Below, one piece after another: positions 19,601-25,204 of a stretch of DNA of 29,826 nucleotides; within the stretch, counting starts at the first letter, position 1, and every line of letters starts with the position of its first letter. This DNA is from a virus (lineage: Duplodnaviria > Caudoviricetes): positions 1-29,826 of the IMG/VR virus record IMGVR_UViG_3300032330_001023, one strand, 5' to 3'. A program made the translations under genes and the position numbers. The notes under the pieces are model-generated. The model was not told the origin of the DNA, searched no databases, and saw only the letters and a list, made by a program, of their open reading frames with translations.

Positions 19601-19787
19601 AGGATAAAAGCTTTTCAAGACCTGCGTAGCCACTTTCTAGTATGCCCGGCTTTTTAACTTTTTCTTCTGGCATTGTTGTGCCAAGAGACTGCGCAATCAT
19701 TGCTTGCGCTTGTTCAGGCGTAGTTCCTTCAGGCACTTCATATCGTGCCACCCTACCATCGGGCATTTGAAAGCGTGCTATTGGCAT
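10671..19787 (-). CDS. Giant (3038 aa) polyvalent internal virion/ejection protein with zincin-like HExxGH domain and LPD38-like C-terminus
   Basis: Uninterrupted 9.1-kb ORF; MPDGR...PEG N-terminus; Gly/Ala hydrophobic segments; long coiled coils; HELVGHYG; C-terminal RIPIPYEAG...KPILEAKLNKSFYTG...SPVKVDY resembles LPD38. Confidence 0.85.
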   Translation of the reverse strand: MPIARFQMPDGRVARYEVPEGTTPEQAQAMIAQSLGTTMPEEKVKKPGILESGYAGLEKLLSSQRTALETPFGAKEAAEAGLKRSTALEKETPSQLSLDAVKEKYQKEGILPAAGEVLRQAPHFIAEQSPQLAEAFATGRLGAMAGSAFGPVGTGVGAVAGAVTPMFLQAFGSGAERRESEGLQPDVLKTGASAAGQAGLEYASMVIPFGGKLMRGLLGIPAKEAEQALFSPAARKLAEERLATTIAKGTGKGLFAEIPTEVGQQMLERWQANKPLMSDDALKEYTEAAYGAGLFGAPMGGIGRAVQKSQAKTDVAEEDAAKARERMQTEQDAERARLESPEYLLGLEPQLEKLTAERDRIKAEREAAIGKRPGKKNKAAQAEYDAAAEPFNEQLREIYNELNPLQQEFARNKTKIEGLKEKQRVEAMSPNEYLLEQASGQSLENVLTSVDDDTKQLVKQYAKTERKTAEPDIADVWEQFGKEKNPKQKLLDDQLEGLRYWGKDIKDPVVVVKALTTEPTLAKAILANEITIPGYKGKKLTELKNLLAETQELNLKTMYQQREATEAKREPLLPGIETVTNKEEKQKAEQQGKIFEEEGALQRIGEKPTPKPITHLLNQLATALEQKAEGKEPGITVKKLETDLETAAQPKVTADAVRGIVDATTPTLYSNNLDENGKRIPIDENGMRNIKRLITNIISTGIEQNKTDDEIFDALDKEALGHTLRQYSTKDKQALRDAIAQARESVTAQAEETGPGLEPIPGIVGAAPEGEVGTPSPLTARGTAQQLLKRADEIAQDRENALFEIQTLTDDLQKSRTLEGRRPGEASSTETTLHNSVEQAKRLYIQHALDEAAHRRQAENLQPLTKEQVRLGSALLNTHINSFVLGNATNKELRKAIDTVLAKLSTQRPKPQRVEAEGLRRQSAAGEAARVEKARGEQETTLAGELGKRERYVVNMVERVMQTRAPSQQVAGIEGTRTDKRTLNQDLEEAFNKALGLIQQNKSSRALLDAVEEAADRALRNQDLTDAATAINDELRVLGTVTEDQTAQSSLFGKEEDVAVVRANATNFAKYLKSNEVAKLRAALKGAPSEITELLSVYDVDLDARQKLVNTLRAQEAEQQLELLEAMRFAEESGTDVEHDTTLSKQTDKLLATQTRLAKLEQLMAKAADDKRKAALKQQTHLFPLSRLLTLASELKTQIKDLTSDTAVKIAELERMIRLHYGEIKYGPFIANLRQQIVELDGARVLAEAEIEKLNKQGRGQTEMPALQMLYNDLVVLDNKANLFSRVIEYAQMQQAMFFGSASFLEVDFHYTQVVKALEKHVGKGYSETNTPSGLKFKRDLLETELRQIQNRVKTDATAQQVKTIADSKVQQIKEVNKQIDETQKEIGRLAQERNGLREELELVSILAATDKRVVAMKERIAELERQLKSIDFTSAEQKAAAAEAAALRQKVAIETRALENLRDTTNRKRMIMEEDLQTGLGLPGGIYQRQEATRVMGLLRRALVTQSRLQDKKAALEAAVKDAPEKKKAALTKRINKAQKAITKHYNAVVGPLRNSAREAGVKIENFPTAGFGKPGSKPKPITKERGLFSEETEAERAERLAAEAELPGVTAEMKAPAREQAKAAAETARTMVQQAKQTGINPRKRGRTSKDSSLQGRAQEKFVQDSPRYKAAVAKHGARSPQAVRAAAQSQTEFFVRQGTELTSGEYTEAKGTFRKAVNNNFEPVVKPKKTAQFKEGSLETAINQFVRSKKDGTVLRLGEDVVKNPINKIEAQNFAGFLKQSLPKNIKFIYSYDVSGLPNHILKRLEADGIDPTDPAVVVKGGVTPDGYVFIIGNQHESRLDLEVTAAHELVGHYGIDTMLGRKGMLSLLKLVENYETPSAKPEVDESRRRFLKAATVSVAALQLPTVPSSMTEEQIVEAAWNTVDTANSFIDKVLQTVPNVISSRTKDDLQYDAMKKLGMLGEEHNNLWGALYDESDIMYHSQHAMEEYVAEHGKQALNNIRDFYRTYTEDLISVINNASQTKNQTEIKTNADKRRTNMLQFAEQLGVTKYVEEVFVAMDNAVAAAEARGDSAAQIQEIKDKHRMLALREMIARVAEQPVLAGKTTEAAKTKTIADRVKDFVKKIIAAIRTKMIEYGFTEYVKLETGDIYNLLQHAGASIQNHTIGVYRDPAGETAFRRDQAIPGVNSKAGLQSFADSYIAPPAPRFGEHFLTSAGLALKQATVDRWAGVAEAGRRGKMSEDKYYQMMYYARVHDNRTSVTANALNNGAPVLQQDSKGNYVLSDTGGASVKQMVKLLGQVKDMGNANNVAKEFQAGLLAYRAKNQGAGKLNFENPPSRAAIDAAIKDFESVPEFVKAREIYNQYNKDLINFLVKAGAISKKLGADLLKYNDYVPYYRMDGDNVVLDIGDRHSLTIGNVKSQPYLHSLVGDDQKVRSDFFATLVQNTSMIVDMGLSNLATKEVAFGLEGMGLLEGTYSAETGKTKRIFNGPGPADEKTVRFKIDGEEKHVRVASESVGIPSKLLVQGLHGTTTTIGTGVKLMSMPAKLLRTLITRTPLYPARQIVRDSASNFLIAGGNMTPVTSSIKQMIEMFGGAGEEERTLQRAGVFGGQIISGTSEDMEKILLQLMKGDVSVLAKADMLAMKADASSRVALYKSYRQQGLSEMEATLAAMESMNFSKRGTSGTLYALNMMVPFLNSQIQGLNVLYESMRGKLPFNDRLGIQRKLVLRGTLLAATTIAYAAAMQDDDAYKRAKPRDKLTNFFVRIPGVEEPIRIPIPYEAGLIFKALPEAIYMLAQKDTQGKPVLDAMGKMLADTMPLGPTTFIPQAVKPILEAKLNKSFYTGEDIEATTEEGLLPEARTREKTTGAAMAVGNALGVSPVKVDYLANAYFGGYGLMLMNMLGAVMPATEGPEAPTKRMSEMPLVGSMFQPNNGRAQLDAFFKNAEQYTQIKNTFDSLIENGKLKEAEEFADKYGREIVTASVSEKFKNQMSEFSKMERLVRASSLKPDEKRLRVDEIRYAKDDFAAAFNAAARQ

Positions 19788-19790
19788 AGT

Positions 19791-21629
19791 TTATTGTTTT
19801 TCAAAACCAAGGAATTTTGGAGCGACAGCGCCCGGCGCACCGCCACCACCTGTTATAGATTTATTTAGCATTTGCTGTATTAACGCGCCCATGTCTTGCT
19901 GATACCTTTGCGGATTTTTTTGATATTCAAGCACAAGCATTGGATTGGCTTTTAGTTGCGTGTCCATAAGGGATTTAGCATTGTCTACCGCAACATTGTA
20001 CGGGTCTTTGTTACCCCCGTAAGCGCTAGCCATTATTTTACGCCCTGCAAGATCATACTGCCCTGCAAGATTAGTAGTTTGAATCCTTCCTTCTATTTCT
20101 GCATTTGTCCTTCTGTCCGCCCCTGCTTGCGCTAACTGCGTGTCGTGTATTTTTGTAGCTTCCGGAATGGTAATTTGCAAAGTTTTTGCTAGCGCATCAA
20201 TGCCCAGTTTTCTTGCTTCAATCTGGTGCCCCGCAATTTTATCTTCCAACGCATCAGCTTTATCAAAATCTCTTTCTGTCTTAGCAAGACGCGCTTCATC
20301 AATCATGGCAAATGCTTTTTGGCGTTCTTTGGCTGCAGTTTTTAAATCTTTCATAGCAGAGCTGTACTGCTTAGTGCCAACCATCGCACCTTCAGCAATA
20401 TTTTGTAACGCATACTGCGATTTACCAGCAGCAATACCCAAACCAGCGTTAGTTAACGCGTCGTAAAACGCATCTTTTTTATCTTTGACTGCATCTGTTT
20501 CTTCTTTTTGTAAACTTTTTTCATATTTGTCATACGGTGTATACGTCGGACGTAATTTAAAACGTTCGCGAGCTTCTTCATCCGTTGTTGCGTAAAGCCG
20601 AGCAATTGAATCCGCGCCTTCTTTTAACTTACCAACGCCGAACGTGCTGTTAATATCAGCGCCGATCTTACTCAACGGCTCCACTGTAGTAGGTTGAATT
20701 TTAGGAGCTTGGCTTGGCAACGCGGCTATGCCGGGGGCTGTGTCTGTGGTTACGCCTTTGCTTGTTTTTTTATCTGCAAATGGATTTGTATCGGTTAACG
20801 CAGGTAAAGACGAAATTAACCCCGGATTAGCGTTAGCATCAGTAACGGCTTGTCCCGCTGTTGGGTCAACTGCTTTTGGTTTAACATTGCTAGGGTAAGG
20901 CTTTGATATTCTTGCTTCGTTAGCGCCCGCAGAAGCAGCAGGTGCAGGTTTGTCTGCTACCGTTGTACCTTTACTTTTTGTTTCAAAAAAAACTTTATCA
21001 AGTTGGTCAATGCGCTCTTTAAGCCTATCTGCAGCCATTTGTTGTTCTGGTGTTTTTGTATTACGTCCAGAAGGACCTGCTATATCGTAAAGCTGTTTAG
21101 CGTAAGAACGACGCTCACTGTCAATAGCGTTTAATTTTTGTTTAGTTTCTTCGTCATACGCTTTTGGTATCATGCCACTAAAGAAGTTCCCTACAGAAGA
21201 CACAAAGCTACCATCTTCTCCTGCATACCTTTGTACATACCCACCATCAGCGTAACCAATAATGCCGCCGTCAGCAGAACCCATAGTCTCCATGTTTTCT
21301 GCGGGTAGTTGACCAATGCCTGTGTTCTCAGGCAAAGACTGTTGTTGCTTTTGCTGCATAGCCAGCATCAGGTTGTCAGGCAGCATGCCATTTTTTTCTT
21401 CTTCGCCCTCGCGTGCTAACTTATCGCGTACGCTAACTGTTGACTGCTTTTGTGCCGCTTGCGCTGCTTTAGCGGCTATATCCATAGGGCCTTTAACTTC
21501 AAACGCCGCCATTGCCGCCAAAGCAGGGATAGAATGATCTTGATTGCGGATAACAGCCTGTAGCCGCTCCACAGGGTAGGTCATGGCTATTTTAAAATAC
21601 TTGTTAATATCTGGCAGTCCGATAGACAT
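19791..21629 (-). CDS. Putative internal virion/ejection protein (612 aa)
   Basis: Ala/Gln-rich, helical; ADGG repeats; NAGLGIAAGKSQYALQNIAEG amphipathic segment; C-terminal KFLGFE; sits directly before the giant gene. Confidence 0.7.
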   Translation of the reverse strand: MSIGLPDINKYFKIAMTYPVERLQAVIRNQDHSIPALAAMAAFEVKGPMDIAAKAAQAAQKQSTVSVRDKLAREGEEEKNGMLPDNLMLAMQQKQQQSLPENTGIGQLPAENMETMGSADGGIIGYADGGYVQRYAGEDGSFVSSVGNFFSGMIPKAYDEETKQKLNAIDSERRSYAKQLYDIAGPSGRNTKTPEQQMAADRLKERIDQLDKVFFETKSKGTTVADKPAPAASAGANEARISKPYPSNVKPKAVDPTAGQAVTDANANPGLISSLPALTDTNPFADKKTSKGVTTDTAPGIAALPSQAPKIQPTTVEPLSKIGADINSTFGVGKLKEGADSIARLYATTDEEARERFKLRPTYTPYDKYEKSLQKEETDAVKDKKDAFYDALTNAGLGIAAGKSQYALQNIAEGAMVGTKQYSSAMKDLKTAAKERQKAFAMIDEARLAKTERDFDKADALEDKIAGHQIEARKLGIDALAKTLQITIPEATKIHDTQLAQAGADRRTNAEIEGRIQTTNLAGQYDLAGRKIMASAYGGNKDPYNVAVDNAKSLMDTQLKANPMLVLEYQKNPQRYQQDMGALIQQMLNKSITGGGGAPGAVAPKFLGFEKQ

Positions 21630-21630
21630 A

Positions 21631-22719
21631 TTAACCCCGCGCTTTCTTTGTTGCGTTGTGCATAGCTAATTCACCTAGTCCGGGATAGCTTTGTTCCATA
21701 CGGTCTTCTTCAATCATGCCGCCTTCAGCATTACCTCTACCAAACATACCATACCCTGCCAAACCTAAGCCGCCTATCTGAGACACCATTGAAGGACGCG
21801 CCGTATACTCGGCTTGTGTAGCTTGTGACATTGGAAGACCGCGAAGCATGTCGGACATAAACGCTTGTTGCTTCTGATTGTAGCCACGTTGATCCAAAAA
21901 GTCTTGCAACTGTTGGGTTAGTTTTTGTTGTTCAAGCTGTTGCTGTTGTCCACCTGCTTGAGCGCGTGCTTGCATAGCTGCTTGCTGTTGACCGAACTGA
22001 GTCTGACCTAACTGCCCCATAGTGTTAGCTGCTTGTAGCCCTTGACCATAACCTTGCAACCCTAGCGTTGCTCCAAACTGTTGTGCTTGTTGGGCGTTCT
22101 GAAATGCTTTTTGCATCCCTTCGCCGTAGATTTGGTTTTGTAGTTGCCCTAAATTACGATCGCGTTCCGCTTCTTGTAAACCAAACCGTGATCCACCGAA
22201 AGCACCTGCACCTACCGCCTGTCCCGCATTTCGCGTGCCTGTTATATCTGACTGCCGACGCGCCTCATCCATTGCAGGGTTTAACGCTCCTTGGATATAC
22301 GGCGACATGTAGGCTTGCATAGCACCGGGGTTGGTTGCCATGTTCTGATAATTCTGTCCTGCTTGTAGCGAGCCTAACCCTGCCGCACCTGCTAATTGCG
22401 TACCAACACCAAGCTGCTGCGCGGGGCCTAAATTTTGAGCTTCACCAAATGCTTGCTTTTGCAAATCAGAAAACCCAGCAATACGCTCCCCGCCGTAACG
22501 TTGATACGGAGTGTTTGCCAACGCCTCAGATTTACCCAGCATGCGTTCAACATACGGTCTCGCGTATTCAGGGATACTAGTATTGGTGACCGTTTGATTG
22601 GTTGGTTGTGATGGCGCGCTGCCGCCGCCTCCATAAATGCGGCCCCCGGGTTTTTTGCGCGTAGCACTTTCACCAAACGGTTCTAGTGCGGCTTCAAGTT
22701 GTCTGCGAGAATATTCCAT
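21631..22719 (-). CDS. Putative ejection/DNA transfer protein (362 aa; P22 gp7-like position)
   Basis: Gln/Gly/Ala-rich; AGAFGGSR motif; hydrophobic C-terminal IGGLGLAGYGMFG; directly follows the GNAT gene. Confidence 0.7.
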   Translation of the reverse strand: MEYSRRQLEAALEPFGESATRKKPGGRIYGGGGSAPSQPTNQTVTNTSIPEYARPYVERMLGKSEALANTPYQRYGGERIAGFSDLQKQAFGEAQNLGPAQQLGVGTQLAGAAGLGSLQAGQNYQNMATNPGAMQAYMSPYIQGALNPAMDEARRQSDITGTRNAGQAVGAGAFGGSRFGLQEAERDRNLGQLQNQIYGEGMQKAFQNAQQAQQFGATLGLQGYGQGLQAANTMGQLGQTQFGQQQAAMQARAQAGGQQQQLEQQKLTQQLQDFLDQRGYNQKQQAFMSDMLRGLPMSQATQAEYTARPSMVSQIGGLGLAGYGMFGRGNAEGGMIEEDRMEQSYPGLGELAMHNATKKARG

Positions 22720-22727
22720 GACCGCCT

Positions 22728-23180
22728 TTACAAAATTTTGGTAAACAATTTATCTGTTAATTTATATCCCAAGTATTCAAACAACGTGGAATTATCCATG
22801 TGAATTTTTGTGTGCATAATAATTCGGTTTACACCAATACCTTTGAGCACTTCTTCAGCATACTTAAACAGCCTGATGCCTACACGCCCTTTACGAAAAT
22901 CTGGGCGTATGTAATAAATATCTTCAAATGCGGTCTTACAGGTCATGTAGTGCAAATGGGGTTGGATAATAAAGATCGCATACCCAATTACTTCATCATC
23001 TGCACGTACCGTGATACATCGCAACATTCCTGCATCTGCCAGTTTTTTATACGCATCGTAGTCAGGGATTAGCGGAAAATCTTTAGTTACACATAACTCT
23101 TCATAATGCAGAGAGAACAGAACTTCCATCTCTTTTACAAACGCAAATGGATCACAGTCTGCGTAAACTAACATTGTCAT
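22728..23180 (-). CDS. GNAT-family acyltransferase
   Basis: Motif A DIYYIRPDFRKGRVGIRLFKYAE; C-terminal LFEYLGYK; 150 aa. Confidence 0.85.
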   Translation of the reverse strand: MTMLVYADCDPFAFVKEMEVLFSLHYEELCVTKDFPLIPDYDAYKKLADAGMLRCITVRADDEVIGYAIFIIQPHLHYMTCKTAFEDIYYIRPDFRKGRVGIRLFKYAEEVLKGIGVNRIIMHTKIHMDNSTLFEYLGYKLTDKLFTKIL

Positions 23181-24676
23181 GCTGGTAAAAGGCGTTCAGC
23201 TTTAGTGTTTTTTGCTACTTGGTTTTTACCTACTGTTTTTTTACGAGCGCCTTGTACACGGTTCATCATTGCATACAACTTACGAGCACCAGCTTCGGTG
23301 GAACCATTGCCAATTTCTGACACAATCCGGGCGGGTATAACGAATTCACCATCAGCAAGACGAGCGGGCTGACGATTGCCAATAGAAGCAGGGATAGAAT
23401 CACTGACACCATCACCCGGCCCACGCAGTAAACGGCCTCCATCTGAATAGTCTCCTAAGTGTGAAACGCCACCACTTGCGTATTGGGCTAATGCTTGAAG
23501 CCCGGGGTCTACGTTAGCAATATACCCCCCATCAGCCATACGTTCTTCGCCTGAGTAACGGTCAACGTTAGTATCCGTACCTTGATTAATTACATCGGAT
23601 GGCGTTGGGCGCTGAACCATTGGGTTGCTGTACATAGATGTTTCTAAATGAGCCTGTGGGTATCCCATATTTTGCCCTACTGCATTTTCAGCCGACATCG
23701 TTTCTACTGGGCCGCCCACTGCCAAATTTGTTAACCCACCTTCAGCCACTTTTTGAATAGGTAGGGCTTGTAGCCCCCCTGTAAAGTAGTTACGCTCTGC
23801 GGTACTAGCGCCGCTATAAGGTTGGTAATACTCTACGTTCGGATTAACTTGAAATGAGCTATTGTCGTATGGGCGAATGTTTGCCTCAGATTTTTTTAAT
23901 TCAGGGTTTTTCGGAGGATTTAATGCGCTGTAGCCTAAACCTAGCGCACCTGCCGTTACCAACGGGTGTTCTTTAACAAACGCACCTGCATTCTGCATAC
24001 TAAAGTCGTTGGTCAGCGTTTTAAAATCCGCGCCTAGTTTGCCTGACATGGAAGGCGTAGCGTTTGCTGTTGCTACTGGTGTTGGATTTAAAATAGGGTT
24101 AGCTGTAGCTGCTGTACCGGCAGTGGTAGCGGCGGTTGTACCCGCAGGGACTCCGGGAATTGTGTAAGGACTTGGGTAAGCGCTTGTAAAGGCGGTGCCC
24201 GCAGTAGGAGGCATACCGGCTACGGTAGGGGATATTGTTGGCGCTGTTAAAGAAGTACCTGCTGCTGGTGGAACTACAGCTTCTAAACCAGCACTAGCCG
24301 CGGGTGCCGCAGCAGCCCCAAGACCCGCCATACCAGCTAAACCAGCGCCGCCATAAGCGCCCAAGCCCATCATCAAACCCTTACTTAAACTGCCTGTTGC
24401 AAGCGCGCCAGCGCCCCCAGTTATAAGGCCAATAGTCATGGGGTTAATTACCCCACCTGTTAATGCCGTCAAACCAAAACCTGCAACCATAGGCAGTATG
24501 GACGACAAAAACCCCGCTTCAGCTAATCCTGTTTCAGGGTTAATGGTGAGAGAACCACCATGTGCTTTTGCTAACGATTGCAAACCATGCACCTCGCTCG
24601 GTGTCATGTGGACGAGTACCTTATCTTCGCCGCGACCGGCACTTTGAACGTGGTTAGCTAGGGTGTGCAAACTCAT
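23177..24676 (-). CDS. Virion-associated protein (499 aa): N-terminal GRxxD..LVH...TINPETGL domain, Gly-rich hydrophobic segments, C-terminal GPGDGVSDSIPA...DGEFV domain
   Basis: The C-terminal motif recurs in phage tape-measure and internal proteins; AGGTG Shine-Dalgarno upstream. Confidence 0.75.
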   Translation of the reverse strand: MSLHTLANHVQSAGRGEDKVLVHMTPSEVHGLQSLAKAHGGSLTINPETGLAEAGFLSSILPMVAGFGLTALTGGVINPMTIGLITGGAGALATGSLSKGLMMGLGAYGGAGLAGMAGLGAAAAPAASAGLEAVVPPAAGTSLTAPTISPTVAGMPPTAGTAFTSAYPSPYTIPGVPAGTTAATTAGTAATANPILNPTPVATANATPSMSGKLGADFKTLTNDFSMQNAGAFVKEHPLVTAGALGLGYSALNPPKNPELKKSEANIRPYDNSSFQVNPNVEYYQPYSGASTAERNYFTGGLQALPIQKVAEGGLTNLAVGGPVETMSAENAVGQNMGYPQAHLETSMYSNPMVQRPTPSDVINQGTDTNVDRYSGEERMADGGYIANVDPGLQALAQYASGGVSHLGDYSDGGRLLRGPGDGVSDSIPASIGNRQPARLADGEFVIPARIVSEIGNGSTEAGARKLYAMMNRVQGARKKTVGKNQVAKNTKAERLLPA

Positions 24677-24696
24677 AAAGCACCTTTAAAAAATTC

Positions 24697-24740
24697 TGTC
24701 AATAGTAACATACGGCGTAACAAAAAGCCGCTTTTTGCCG
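24697..24740 (-). promoter_or_regulatory. Intergenic hairpin plus putative extended -10 promoter for the ejection cassette
   Basis: Inverted repeat CAAAAAG-ccg-CTTTTTG (24721-24737). On the - strand TG-T-TACTAT is followed by an overlapping TTGACA. Confidence 0.4.
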
Positions 24741-25202
24741 TTACGATGTTTTCATTTTTAAAACATTACTAGCCGACGTATCCACATACACATCACCCAC
24801 ACGAAGGTTAGCTAAATCTGCTTGGGTGGCAAAACTATACGTTTGAGCTGTTCCAGACACCAAATTTGCTGTGCCGGTACCCGTGCCAACCCCTGTAGCG
24901 GTAAAAGTTATCCCGACTGTATTAGCCGATGCGCCAATTAAAGTAAAGTTTGTAGTGCCTATCGTTGCAATCCGGTACTGGGTACCCACAACAAAACTTC
25001 CGGCAGCTACTGTAGGGGTTGCGCGGTTAAATGTCATTCCTGCAACCACTTTAGTTGTGCCCACCTTTTCAGCAGAACCTGCTACCTGTCCGGGGTTATC
25101 GTTTTGATTAAAGTATTGCGCCAAAATCCGGTTTAATTGATCTTGGTATTTTTGTTCGTATTGAACGGGCGCTAGGGGGATTACTGGGGTTGGCACAGGC
25201 AT
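24741..25202 (-). CDS. Small tail-associated protein (153 aa)
   Basis: Pro-rich start and helix (PLAPVQYEQKYQDQLNRILAQYF), internal beta module, C-terminal GDVYVD...VLKMK; follows the hub-like gene, in the position of P22 gp26. Confidence 0.65.
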   Translation of the reverse strand: MPVPTPVIPLAPVQYEQKYQDQLNRILAQYFNQNDNPGQVAGSAEKVGTTKVVAGMTFNRATPTVAAGSFVVGTQYRIATIGTTNFTLIGASANTVGITFTATGVGTGTGTANLVSGTAQTYSFATQADLANLRVGDVYVDTSASNVLKMKTS

Positions 25203-25204
25203 GT

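Noticed and set aside
22690-22719. Tat signal at the N-terminus of the 362-aa protein (SRRQL)
   Set aside because: No hydrophobic h-region follows; treated as a leader of unknown type.
24713-24740. Rho-independent terminator
   Set aside because: The stem is mostly A-T pairs with a 3-nt loop and no separate GC stem plus U-tract; kept only as a low-confidence regulatory hairpin.
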